Origin: Dictyostelium discoideum | Taxonomy: Eukaryota | Assembly (NCBI GenBank): GCA_000004695.1 | Contig: CM000150.2 | Span: forward strand, 2,976,001 to 3,040,000 | Length of the DNA stretch: 64,000 bases | Direction of reading: 5' to 3' | Part shown: positions 1 through 17,319 of the stretch, in pieces | How positions within the stretch are numbered: position 1 is the first letter of the stretch | Layout: every line of letters starts with the position of its first letter | The notes under the pieces: model-generated | Databases searched by the model: none | What the model was told of the DNA's origin: nothing | Seen by the model: only the letters and a program-made list of their open reading frames with translations | Program-made: the position numbers and the translations under genes

Positions 1-1120
1 AGCAAACACTGATAAAACATCATCAACCAGATTTCAATTAGCCAATCCATTTGGTAAAGGTGGTTTAGTTGGTTTTGAATTTAGTGCAGGTCTATATAAA
101 AATAACAATGGTTCAGTATCATACACTGATAGATTTGGTAATACATTATCTCTTTTAAAATCTTCTCAAGATCCAGTTATAAAAGATAGAAATTTTAAAA
201 TTGATGAGACTACATTATCCTATTCATTTCAAAAAAATTCAAATAAATTTTCAATTTTTGCAGGTGATAGTACTGTCTCTGTTTTAAATAAAAATAAAAA
301 CAAAGAGTAAGCAATTTAATAATTTTTTTTTTAAAAAAAAAAAAAAAAAAAAAGTAGAGTTATTAATTTTTTTTTTTTAGACATTTGGCTAATACAGGAT
401 TAGCATTTAAAACAGGTATTTCACATATTTATTCAAGTAATTTAAGAAGTAAATCTATAAATAGACTCTTTAAAATTCAAAATGAACTTGCATTTCCAAT
501 TCTATCATCCTGTTCATTTTTTAAATCAAATATAACATATTCTTTAGATTTTCCACTTTACGAACAGTTGGTATGTATAAAAAATAATACTATAATAATA
601 ATAAAAAGTTAACTAACAATAATAATTTATTATTTATATTTATATATATATTATTTAATTAATTTAGAAATTTAGAGGTGATTTTATAACTGGTGGTATT
701 TTTAATTTTAGTAAAGATTCAATGATACCAATATCAGAAAGATTTTTTAATGGAAGACATTATAATTTTGAAGGATTTGTTGATTCAAGTTTAACCGAAA
801 AAGGAAGATCTCCATATTTAGGTAGTAGTTTCTTTTTCACATTTAGAACTGCGTTATTACATAAAATTAAAGATAATGCAAGTGTTATGGCATATCATTG
901 TATTGGTAACACTGTACTTCCTTTGGATAGTAATGAAACTACTTTTAAATCAACCGCTCTCAAATTATTCTCAACAAATTCAATTCGTTCTTCAATTGGT
1001 CTTGGTATTTCTGTTGATATGGGTTCTGCTGATATTGAATGTAGTTTGGTTAAACCATTATTTTTTAATTCACAAGATGAACTTAATAATTTTGCATTTG
1101 GAATTAATATTAAAATTTAA
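1..1120 (+). CDS. Sam50/Omp85-like (bacterial surface antigen D15 family) beta-barrel protein, 3' part of a gene that starts left of the window; exons <1..306, 381..570, 668..1120
   Basis: The open frame from position 2 runs into a gtaagc donor at 307. The next exon, 381..570, contains the track ORF at 385 and ends at a gtatgt donor. The third exon, 668..1120, follows an aatttag acceptor and is in frame with the track ORF 722..1120. The translation carries the Omp85-type motif ERFFNGRHYNFEGF (compare RFFxGG..RGF) and a glycine/aromatic-rich C-terminal beta-strand region. Confidence 0.55.
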
Positions 1121-1774
1121 AAAAAAAAATAAAATAAAATAATTTAAGAAAATTTAAAATAAATAAATCTCATTAATTACATTATTCATTTTCACCAAAA
1201 AATAATTATAATAATTAAAATAATTAAAAAAAAATAAAAAATAAAAAAAAATAAAAAAAGAAATAAAATAAATAATTCTCACTATCCTGTAAATATATAA
1301 ATCTTATTAAAAAAATAATAATAATAATAAAAATGATAAAAAAAACCCTTTTTATCTTTTTTGGAAATTTCAAATAATTCCTGATTTAGTAATTGTTTTA
1401 TTTTGGTTAAATTGAAAAAAAAAGTAAAAATTAAAAAGTAATAATTCCTTTTTAAAACTTTCAGATCAAGGTCGAATTAAATCATTTAAAATGGGAAAGT
1501 ATAAATTGAATAAAATTTTTTTTTTTTTTCATTATCAATTCAAACCAACAAAGAATGTAAAAAACAAATAATGGAAATCAAAAAAAACAAATAAAAAAAA
1601 TAAAGGTAAAATATTTTTTAAATAAATAATTATATTTATAATAAAAATAATAAATTACCATAATTCTAACAAAAAAAAAAAAATATAAAATAAAATAAAA
1701 AAAATTATAATTTTTTAAAAAATAGGATTTCTAAATGCTAAAATAGAAAGTAGAACTTGTATCTATAACAATCT

Positions 1775-1972
1775 AATGTTAGAGAAAGGAAAGATTTATC
1801 TATGCACTATAACATTAAGAAAGTAATGATCAAATAACTCTACATAAATAACCTTTAAAACAACAATAAAAAGTTTACCAACTCTATTAAAATTATAAAA
1901 TGAAACCAATCAATACCAAAGTAGTGTTAAAGAAAGGAAAGATTTATCTATGCACTTTGACATTAAAAATGG
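1775..1972. repeat. Pair of about 45-bp imperfect direct repeats (core agaaaggaaagatttatctatgcact, identical 26 bp at 1783-1808 and 1931-1956) in a 1.2 kb convergent intergenic region
   Basis: Read directly from the sequence. The two copies are 148 bp apart, between the 3' ends of the Sam50-like gene and snwA. Confidence 0.6.
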
Positions 1973-2335
1973 TTAAATGATTATATGTTTCAACAATTCA
2001 AGAAACTTCTTAAAAAAAAAAAATAATAAAAATAAAGAATAAAAAGTTTTTTACATAATTAATTTATTAAATAAATATTATCAAACACTTTTATTATATT
2101 ATTATTATGGTAAAAAAAAAAAAAAGATTATAAAAGGAAGTTGTTGTTGTTTATTTTAATGATATTTTAAAAAAAAAAAAAAGAATTAAATAAAAGAAAA
2201 TCTTTTTTTAATTTTTATTCTTGAAATCTAAATAATTTTTAAATAATTATTTTAATATTACTATTATGATTTATTATTATCTTTTTTTTTTATTTTTTTT
2301 TTATTTTTATTTTTATTTTTTTTTTTAATATAATT

Positions 2336-4393
2336 TTATCTTTTTTTACTAAAATCATCAAAACCAAATGGATCATCAGATTTCTTTTTCTCTTTTTCAA
2401 ATGCAACAGGACCTGTTCTGTCTTTTGATCTGTCAGTTCCACTAAATTCTTTATTTGGTCTTGGTACACCGCCGCTACCACTACCACCCTCTTTACCGAA
2501 TCTACTATTACTTAAAACATCTTGAATTGATGTATTATCCTCTTGATTTGATTTTGGTCTATAGATTGAATTTGATACAGCGCCACCAAACAAAGGTTTA
2601 GAATAAACATTGTATGAATCATCATTACCAAATCCACTAGTAAGACTTTCTGATTGATTGAATAATCTTTGATCATATATTGAATCTTCAGTTCTCTTTA
2701 TTGAAGCTTGACCCAATGCAATCTTTTCACTAATATCACGATCTTGATCTCTATTGAATTTAGATTTCTTTCCACTTGCTTCTAATCTATATTCACGTTC
2801 TAATTCTCTCTTCTTTTCCATTCTAATTTTATCTCTTTCTAATTTCTCTTTTCTTTCTCTTCTAACTCTTTCATCTTCACTATCTGATGAATCTGAATCA
2901 CTATCTGAATCACTATCTGACCTTCTCTTACTATATCTATCTCTATCATTACTATCATCACGACGTCTATTGTCTCTATTGTCTCTATTATCTCTACTAT
3001 CCCTACTATCCCTATTATCCCTACTATCCCTACTATCCCTACTATCCCTACTATCCCTACTATCCCTACTATCCCTACTATCCCTATTATCTCTACTATC
3101 TATATTGTCTCTACCACGATTATCCCTATTATCTTTTATTCTATATCTATCATCGTCATCATCATTATCATTTCTACTTGGTATTCTTTCAGTAGATCTT
3201 GATCTTGATCTTCTATTCATTGGTGGTGTTCTTTTATTTTTATCTTCATCACTACTACTATCATTATCATTATCATTATCAGAATCTGAATTATCTTTTC
3301 TTGTATATCTTTGTTGTATTATACCAGATCTTTCATTTCTAACATCTTCAGCTAATTTACGAAGCATATCTTGTTTTCTTTCTTTTTCTTTTTGAGCTAA
3401 TTTTCTTTCTAACTCAGCACGTGCTGAAACCTCTTCACGTGCATTCGATTCAGCTATATAGAGTGCTTGAGTGAAATGAGCAAACTTATCATTGATCTCT
3501 ACATCTTGTAAGCCACCACCATTTGAAACCAAACGTTTATCAATTGAGATTGCAAAACCTTTTGGATTTTTCCAATTTGAAACACATGGTGGTATGGTCC
3601 AATCTTGTTGATCCTGTACTGATAATTTACGAGTTGGTGAATGCATAACTGGTGCAGGTGGTGAACCATGCTCCATAATCTTCTTTTTAATCTTATATTT
3701 TGGTGGTTCCAATGGATCTTGTGCGACATCTACCATACGAACAATCTTTGAATTTAATGCACTACCATTGTTTGAACCCAATTGATTCGATGGTGTATAC
3801 TTTATATAGGTGGCACTTTTTTTCTCAACCTCTACATAGTTGGTTGATTTCGATGATTTTATTTTACCATTTACAATCTTTTCTAATGCATTCTTTGTTC
3901 TATCCAATGTTTCTTGTAGTTCATCATCATCTGGTCTTTGTAATTCATGCTCTGTATGTTGTTTTGGTATTAAATCTTTATATTGTGAATGTAAACTACC
4001 CTTTTCACCTAAAATAGCTTCATGTTTAACTCTACCTGTCGAATCAACACTAACTGGTACAATTGATGTTGTTGTACCACCACCATTCATATTACTTGTA
4101 TTGCTATTACTTGATTTAGATTTACCCTTTCTACCCATATCCAATGGATATTGTACTATATGAATCTCTGGGAATGCACCACCATCCCCAAAATCTTCTA
4201 TATTCTTTGGTAAATATCCTTTTCTATTACCATATGTTGGTATTACTTTTTTTGGTTTATCATTTAATTCTTGTTGTTGTTGTTGTTGTTGTTTCTGTTG
4301 TTGTGGTTTTGGTTTCGGTTGAAAAAGTGGATCCTCTTCTTCATTACTATATACATTTTTTGGTTTTGGTAATAATGATGATAATGATGTCAT
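2336..4393 (-). CDS. snwA: SNW-domain protein SKIP/Prp45 homolog (spliceosome component), single exon, 685 aa
   Basis: Uninterrupted ORF with the diagnostic SKIP motifs GAFPEIHIVQYPLDMGR and SNWKNPKGFAISIDKRLV. The C-terminal half is an RD/RS-type (RDSRDN)n low-complexity tail. Confidence 0.9.
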   Translation of the reverse strand: MTSLSSLLPKPKNVYSNEEEDPLFQPKPKPQQQKQQQQQQQELNDKPKKVIPTYGNRKGYLPKNIEDFGDGGAFPEIHIVQYPLDMGRKGKSKSSNSNTSNMNGGGTTTSIVPVSVDSTGRVKHEAILGEKGSLHSQYKDLIPKQHTEHELQRPDDDELQETLDRTKNALEKIVNGKIKSSKSTNYVEVEKKSATYIKYTPSNQLGSNNGSALNSKIVRMVDVAQDPLEPPKYKIKKKIMEHGSPPAPVMHSPTRKLSVQDQQDWTIPPCVSNWKNPKGFAISIDKRLVSNGGGLQDVEINDKFAHFTQALYIAESNAREEVSARAELERKLAQKEKERKQDMLRKLAEDVRNERSGIIQQRYTRKDNSDSDNDNDNDSSSDEDKNKRTPPMNRRSRSRSTERIPSRNDNDDDDDRYRIKDNRDNRGRDNIDSRDNRDSRDSRDSRDSRDSRDSRDSRDNRDSRDSRDNRDNRDNRRRDDSNDRDRYSKRRSDSDSDSDSDSSDSEDERVRRERKEKLERDKIRMEKKRELEREYRLEASGKKSKFNRDQDRDISEKIALGQASIKRTEDSIYDQRLFNQSESLTSGFGNDDSYNVYSKPLFGGAVSNSIYRPKSNQEDNTSIQDVLSNSRFGKEGGSGSGGVPRPNKEFSGTDRSKDRTGPVAFEKEKKKSDDPFGFDDFSKKR

Positions 4394-5115
4394 TGTTTTT
4401 ATTATATAAATATGTATATTATTATTAAGTTTATTGGTATATTTCTCTTTCTCTTAAATAAATAATTCAGGTTATAAAACAAAAAAACTAAAAACAATTA
4501 AAAATAAAATAAAATTAAAAAAAAAAAAAAAAAACAATTGAAAAAAATTTTTGAAATAAAAAAAAAAATTTTAAAAATTAATTATTTTTTTTTTTTTTTT
4601 TTTAATTTTATTTTATTTTATTTTTAAATAAATTATTACCATTTTTAAAACAGATTAAATTTTGTCATTGATATTGTTTTTTTAATCGTGATTATTATTT
4701 AATATTAAATTGTAATATTTATTATAATTTAAATTTTTTTTTTTTTTTTTTTTTATTGGAAAAATAATTATAAAATTAGTTGGATTTTTAATTTATTTTA
4801 TAATTATAACCCTAAAAAAAAAAAACCATTCAGTTAAATGGATAAAAAATAAATAAAAAAAAAAAAAAATATATATATAAATTAATTTTAATCCAAAGTG
4901 TTTCGACCAGTTAATCAAGATCCCAAATCGAGTTTTTTTATTTAATAAAAATTAAAAAAAAAAAAAAAAAAAAAAAGATTTTTTTTTATTTTTTTTTTTT
5001 TTTAAATTTTTCAAAATTTTGTCTGGGTGAAAAAAAAAAAAAAAATAAAAAAAATAAAAAAAAAAAAGGTGTAATATATTTAATCAACATACATTCAGCA
5101 TATATAATAAAAGCA

Positions 5116-5944
<829 letters not shown>

Positions 5945-6128
5945 ATAGGAAATGTAATATTAAAAAATAATAATAATAATTATAAAAAAAATAAAAAAAA
6001 GATATAAATATCCATATACACTTATTTATAAGAAAAAAAAAAAAAAAAAAAAAAGGTTTTTATTTATTATTTACAAATTCGGCGCTCTGTGTTTCTTTTT
6101 TTTTTTATTTTTTATTTTTTTTTTAGTA

Positions 6129-6380
6129 TTAATCTTGTTGTTCTTCTTTTTTTTCTTCTTGTTGTTTTTGTTTAATTTTTTTTTCTAAAACTAAACAAGA
6201 GATTACATGTCTCATTGGAACGAAAACTACACCCAATTCTTTTCTTATGGTTTGTCCATCAGGTAACACTACATCTTCATAAGCATAATTTAATAATATA
6301 TTTTGTTGTTTGTCAAAACATGTGAAAACTCCTTTGATCATTCTATTTCCTGTTGCTATAATTTGAATTTCATGATCCAT
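6129..6380 (-). CDS. Sm-like (LSM) domain protein; minimal CDS from ATG 6380, but the frame stays open upstream to about 6470 (EEVVSQVENIENHEPNESITSEAIKKVQEW), so a short 5' exon is likely
   Basis: Sm1 motif KGVFTCFDKQQNILLNYAYE (G.L..FD..MNLVL.D..E pattern) and Sm2 motif RKELGVVFVPMRHVISC. A candidate ATG/gtatat first exon lies near 6680 with an aaaag acceptor near 6473; this is unverified. Confidence 0.5.
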   Translation of the reverse strand: MDHEIQIIATGNRMIKGVFTCFDKQQNILLNYAYEDVVLPDGQTIRKELGVVFVPMRHVISCLVLEKKIKQKQQEEKKEEQQD

Positions 6381-6768
6381 CCATTCTTGAACTTTTTTAA
6401 TTGCCTCTGATGTAATCGATTCATTTGGTTCGTGATTTTCTATATTTTCAACTTGTGAAACTACTTCTTCCTTTTTTTTTTGTTTTTTTTTCCAAAAATT
6501 AATTTTTTTTTTTTTTTTAATTTTTTTATTTTTTTATTTATTTTTTATATGGTTAATATTATGATATTAAAATTTTTAAAGTTAAAGTGAATTAAGGGTG
6601 TTGTGTATGTGTGTGAGGGTGAGGGTGAAATAAGTATAATGTATGTGTGTTGTGTGTATATTTTATTGAAGATATACCATTTTTATATTAAGTTTTTTGT
6701 GTAGTTCTATAGTTAATTAATTTTCAAATTATTATTTTTTTTTTTTTTTTTTTTTTTTAATTCTTTTT

Positions 6769-6807
<39 letters not shown>

Positions 6808-6973
6808 CAGCGCTTTTTTTTTTAAAATTCAAAAAAAAAAACAAAAAAACAAAAATTATTTTCTTTTTTCCCTTATTTATAAAAAAAAAAAAAGTAAAAC
6901 AAAAATTTATTTATTTACATATATACTAATTAATTAATTAATTAATTAATTAATTAATTAATTAATTAAACTT

Positions 6974-7015
<42 letters not shown>

Positions 7016-7179
7016 CTTTTTATTTATATATATATTACATAATTTCCCCTTTTTTTTAATTTTTTTTTTTTCAATTACCAAAAATAATAGGGTAACAATA
7101 AATCTCATATAAAAACACCACACTACTAGTTTTATACATACACATTCAAAATTAAATAAAAACATGATCCTACTTTGAA

Positions 7180-11875
<4,696 letters not shown>

Positions 11876-12149
11876 TATTAATAACCAAAAAAAAAAAAAA
11901 AAAAAAAACAAAAAAATTTAATAAATTTTAATTATTTTCAACACTTACACATTCCAAGATTTGATATAATTTAAAAGAATTGGGTGAAACTCTTGGATTT
12001 AAATTAAAAAAAAAAATCACGGAATTTTCTCCAAATTACTGTAATTTTTTTTTTTTTCAGAAAACTTTAAAAATTTTAAAAATTTTTTTTTTATATTTTT
12101 TTTTTTTTTATATTTTATTTTTTAATTTCCACATAAAACAACTAAACAA

Positions 12150-12932
12150 ATGGTAATTTCTTCAGATCAAGAACAACTTTTATCTTCAACAGAAGATCAG
12201 CTATTACAATACCAACAACAACATCAACAATCACAATTATCAGAACAACCACAACATATAATACCAATTGGACCACCACAAAATGTATTACCGATGGGAA
12301 AATATAAAATTCCAGAAACTTTTTCATGTAATATATTTACAGGTTATGAAAACCCAACAACTTGTCCAACTGAAATATCAAACTATTTATCATTTGATGA
12401 ATATAATTCATTGGTTATTTCATTAAATAATAAAATGGATACCTTCCATAGAAACTATTGGATCTCCTTTATTATTTATATTATTGTTGTTTTATTGTTT
12501 TACTGTTCATTTTTTATTATATATTCAGATAAAATATTTTTAATACTTGGTTTATTACTTACTGCTATAATATCAATAGCTTTCTTTTTAAATTATTTAC
12601 AAAAAAGGGTAAGTTAAGAAATCATTTTTAAAATAATATAAAAATTAAAAAAAAAAAAAAAGTGAGGAAAAATTTATTTATAAATATTCTAAAAATAAAA
12701 ATAGAATTTTGAAAATATTAAAAAGATTTGTAAAGAATATACTGTTCAATTTTCCAATAGAAATATTAAAGTTGAAACTACTAAAAAACAATTTAAGGTC
12801 AGTGTACATATCAATTATCCACAAAATACTTTTGTTTTATCACAACAATATCTCCAACCACAATTTCAACAATTTCAACCAATTTATCGCCAAAACATTT
12901 GTCAACCACAACAACAACAGCAACAACAATAA
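12150..12932 (+). CDS. Lineage-specific small membrane protein, paralog A; join(12150..12608,12705..12932), about 228 aa; Gln-rich N-terminus, conserved middle domain, one TM segment, QPQF/Q-rich tail
   Basis: Exon 1 is the track ORF ending at a gtaagttaag donor (12609). Exon 2 follows the acceptor aaaaatag at 12704 and reads NFENIKKICKEYTVQFSNRNIKVETTKKQFKVSVHINYPQN..QQQQQQQ to a stop at 12930. Confidence 0.6.
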
Positions 12933-13309
12933 ATAAAGTTCCTTTTATTCAAAATTAATAACTTAGTTTCCAAATTTAATACATTGAAAATTTCTGTTTA
13001 AAAAAATAAATAAAAAAAACAAGAAAAAAAAAAAATATTTAAGGAAAAAGAAAAAAAAAATAATTGGAATGATCTTTGGAAATTATTTTTTTTTATTTTT
13101 TTTTTAATTTTTTTATTTTTTTTTCTTCTTTTTTTAAGCACCAATTTTTGATCAAATTTTTTTTTTGTTTTTTTTTTATTTTAATTTTATTTTTTGTTTT
13201 TTTTTTTTCTCAAAAAACCACCAATTTTTTAATTTATTTTTTTTGTTTTTTTTTTTTTTTCACACATTATTTTTTTTTTTTATTATTTCTCTCTCATAAA
13301 ATAACAATA

Positions 13310-14097
13310 ATGGGAATTTCTTTAGATCAAGAACAACTTTTATCTTCAGCAGAACAACAACAACAACAATCGCAATTATCAGAACAACCACAATATGTAA
13401 TACCAATTGGACCACAAAATGTATTACCAATGGGAAAATTTAAAATCCCAGAAACTTTTTCATGTAATAGATTTACAGGTTATGAAAAACCAACAACATG
13501 TCCAACTGAATTATCAAACTATTTATCATTTGATGATTATAAGTCATTGGTTAATTCATTAAATAATAAAATGGATTCCTTCCATAGACTCTATTGGTGT
13601 TCCATTATCGTCTATATGGTTCTTATTTTCTCTTGTTCATTTTCTGGTGTTTTTATAGGTGTGATATTTTTAGTGGTTAGTATAATACTTATTGTTGCCG
13701 TCTTTCTTTGCTTTTTATTTTATTTACAAAATAGAGTAAGTTAAGGAATCATATAAAAAATTTAAAAAAAAATAAAAAAGGTGAGAAAGTTTTTTTATTA
13801 ACATTCTAAAAATAAAAATAGATTTTTGAAAATATTAAAAAGATTTGTAATGAATATAATGTTCAATTTTCCAATAGAAATATAAAATTTGAGGTCGCTA
13901 AAAAACAATTTAAGATCAGTGTACATATCAATTATCCACAAAATATTTCCTTTGTTTTACCACAATATCTCCAACCACAATTCCAACCACAATTTCAACC
14001 ACAATTTCAACCACAATTTCAACCACAATTCCAACCACAATTTCAACAACAACCAATTTACCATCAAAACATTTATCAACCACAACAACAACAATAA
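13310..14097 (+). CDS. Lineage-specific small membrane protein, paralog B (tandem duplicate of 12150..12932); join(13310..13735,13822..14097), about 233 aa with a (QPQF)6 tail
   Basis: Same architecture as paralog A. The gtaagttaag donor and aaaaatag acceptor sit at homologous positions, and exon 2 reads IFENIKKICNEYNVQFSNRNIKFEVAKKQFKISVHINYPQN..QPQFQPQFQPQF... Exon 1 is about 70% identical to paralog A (IPIGPQNVLPMGKFKIPETFSCN.FTGYE.PTTCPTE.SNYLSFD). Confidence 0.6.
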
Positions 14098-14410
14098 ATA
14101 GCACTTCTTTTTCTACATGACCAATGTCTCTGTTTACCCAAATTTAAATGGAAAATTTGGAAAATTTTTATTAATTTTTTCACCTATTTTGGATGTGAAA
14201 AGTCCAAAAAAAAAAAAAAAAAAAAAAAAAAATAAAAATAAAAAATAAATAAAAAGTGTAAAATGAAGTTTAATAAGAATAGATCCTTTTTTTTTTTTTT
14301 TTTGTTTTTTTTTTTTTTTATATTATTTTTTTTTTTTGTTTTTTTTTATTTTTTAATTTTTTTTTTTTTTTTTTTTAGATTAATAGAGATTTAAAAAAAT
14401 ACAAGAAGAT

Positions 14411-17015
14411 TTATACGTCTGGATGATCACGTTTGTATTCAGCATAAAGGGTATCAATAATGGTTTGATATCTTTCTTTGAGTTGTGGTCTCTTTGGTTT
14501 GAATGATGGAGTTAATAAATTGTTTTCCTCAGTGAATGGTTCATGTTCTACGTAGATATGTTTTAATTTTTCAAAACCATGTAATTTGGCTTCGGCAGCG
14601 CAAGCATCGAAACTTGATAAAATTTCTTTGTAGAGTTCTTTTGATTTTGCGAGGGTTGCATGGTTTGAAACATCAAGTTCTGGATATTTGGAAGCGAATA
14701 ATTTTTGGACAACTTCAAAATCTGGTACGACAACACCAACCAAGAAACTATTTAATGAATCACCATAGACAAATACTTGAGAGGCAAATGGTGAACGAAC
14801 GAAAACAGATTCCAAATATTCGGCGGCAACGTATTCACCTTGAGATAATTTGAAGATATTTTTCTTACGATCAATGATTGAGAGGGTACCATTTTCATTC
14901 CAACGACCAATATCACCAGTATGGAACCAACCATCTTCTTTGAGATCTTCTTTGGTCTTTTCTGGATCCTTAAAGTAACCTTTGAAAACGTTGAAACCAC
15001 GAATACAAACCTCACCTCTTGGACATGGTTTATCAGTAGAGAAATAGTTCATCTCTGGAACGTCGATTAATTTCATTTCACAGGCACTGAGTGGTGGACC
15101 AACATGACCTACATTGTTATCTTCTGGATAGGCAACAGAGGCACCACCTACATTTTCAGAGAGACCATAACCAGAGACGACTGGACAACAGAAACAAGCA
15201 CGTAAGAATTCGGCTAATTTTGGATCCAATGGAGCGGAACCGGAAAGGATGAATTTAACACGACCACCAAGTCTATCCTTTGTTTTTGAGAAAACCAATT
15301 TATCCCAAATTGGAGTGGTTGAACCAAGTCTTAATGCAGATTGTTTAGAGTTGAGACCCCAATTGAAGAGGAATTTCTTTAACCAACTATCATTGTTGAC
15401 AGTGAACCAAAGTTTGTCGTGAAGACGTTGCCATACTCTTGGGGCACCACATAAAAAGGTTGGACGTAAAACTTGGATATCGTTGAATAACTCTGGAATT
15501 AAACCAGAGAAGAAACCAATTTGACCACCAACATAACACATCAATGAAACGACGGCACGTTCAAATGAGTGAGCCAATGGGAGGTATGACATATGAACAT
15601 CCTCTGGAATTACACCTGCTGGTGAAAAGTTGGCACCTGCAACTTCACTGACCATATTTGTATGAGTTAACATTACACCCTTTGGATTACCAGTTGAACC
15701 AGAGGTGTAAAGTAATGTACATAAATCTTCTGGTGATGGGACTTCATGTTGGGCTGGATTTTGTTCACCCAATTTTTCAAAATCTGATAAGAGGTAAAGT
15801 TTAACGTTTTCATTATCCTTGAATTTATCTAATGTTGCTTGTGGTAATGGATCATAACTGACAATTGTTTTAATGGTTGTACCTGGCATTGAAAGAATCT
15901 TTTCAACATTTTTACCTTCACATAAAAGTACTGAAATCTCTGAATGATTAACAACATATTCAATTGCATTGGCACCTAATGTTGCATATAATGCAACTGG
16001 TACAAGTGAATGATTCATTGCTGCCATATCTGATAAAACCCATTCTGGTCTATTAATTGAAAAAATACCAATTCTATCACCCTTTTAATTTTTATTTATC
16101 ATTTATTATTTATAAATTATTAAAGTAATAAGTTAAATGTTAATAATAAATAAAATTAAAATAAATAAAATTAATTAATTGAAAAAAGATTTAGATATTT
16201 ATAATTTGATTAAAAAAAAAAAAAAAAAAACACAAAATGGTGTGGGGTTGGTGCACAAAATTTTTTTTTTTTTTTAAAATCAATTAACTTTTTATCAAAT
16301 TTTAAAAAAAATATCTTGGGGATTTTCATCGTTTCACAAAAAAAAAAAAAAATTTTAAAAAAAAAACCCTTTTTTCCCCGATATTTGATTTAGTTGCGGT
16401 TTTTTTTTTTGAGTGATTAACAAAGTGTTTTGAAAAAAAAAAAAAAAAGAGAAAAGTGTTTTGAAAAAAGAAAATAAAAAAAAAAAGAAAAGAAAAAAAT
16501 AAAAAAAAATAAAAAAATTATTTGTGAAAACCAAATATTAAAATATTTCTTCTTTACCTTATTTAAACCTAATTGAACTAAAGCTGAACCAATGTTATTT
16601 GCTCTAATGCATGCTTGTTTATAAGAAATCCATTTGTAATCACCTCTTTTGCCATCTGCTAATAATTCACGAATACCTAAAAAGTTTGAATCTGAATCTT
16701 TATTTATTCTTTAAATTTATTTATTATTGAAAAATATTAGAATTTAATAATCATAAAAACTTTATTTTATATTATTATTATTATTATTTATTTATTTTTT
16801 TTTTTATTTTTTTAAAAATACATACCTATAAACATCATACAAGGTAAAGGTTTTACCGTCTGGTGAATTTGTTAATTTTGGGAATTTAGTGTTTCTTCTT
16901 GGTCTAGTTTCGCCTGGTATAACTTCACTACCGTCTACTTCAACACTTTGAAGACGGATCTAAAAATAAATTCAAACAATTGTGTAATTATAGTAATAAA
17001 GTTAGTATAAATAAT

Positions 17016-17052
<37 letters not shown>

Positions 17053-17319
17053 CTTTTTGACTTTTTATTTATTTTAGTAAAAAATACATACAAAATCTGG
17101 GTCACCAAGTAAATCTATATAATTAATTTTATTACAATAAAATTATATATGTATATTATTTAAAGTTTTTATATTTTTTTTTTTTTATTTTTTTTTTTTA
17201 TTTTTTTATTTTTTTATTTTTTTTTTTTTCATTTATTTTAGTAAAGAAGAATATTAAATATTTAATTAATAATATTTAATTAATAATTAATTACCTGTTT
17301 TTGTTGAAAGGCTTGACAT
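14411..17319 (-). CDS. fcsA: Long-chain fatty-acyl-CoA synthetase (AMP-binding superfamily); complement(join(14411..16081,16558..16708,16826..16959,17092..17114,17295..17319)), 667 aa
   Basis: The large 3' exon is the track ORF extended upstream to an acceptor at 16082. It reads GDRIGIFSINRPEWV.., TSGSTGNPKGVMLTH, GYGLSE and a C-terminal TPSFKPKRPQLKERY. The upstream exons were reconstructed by phase (gtaaag, gtatgt, gtatgt and gtaa donors) and give MSSLSTKTDLLGDPDFIRLQSVEVDGSEVIPGETRPRRN..YKWISYKQAC... The 667-aa total is consistent with my memory of Dictyostelium FcsA/LC-FACS1; the two tiny 5' exons are the least certain part. Confidence 0.75.

Noticed and set aside
2754-3395. 213-aa and 102-aa plus-strand ORFs antisense to snwA
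   Set aside because: They are pure translations of the (RDSRDN)n-encoding hexamer repeat in other frames (poly-LS and poly-YP). snwA on the opposite strand is the real gene.
12709-12936. Track ORFs 12709..12936 and 13889..14101 (Asn/His-rich, TTG starts)
   Set aside because: They are wrong-frame readings of the second exons of the tandem TM genes; the spliced frame gives the QPQF/poly-Q tail instead.
13076-13309. Upstream T-rich extension of the ORF track entry 13076..13744
   Set aside because: It is a poly-Phe translation of the T-rich promoter; the gene starts at ATG 13310, at the MGISLDQEQ.. position homologous to paralog A.
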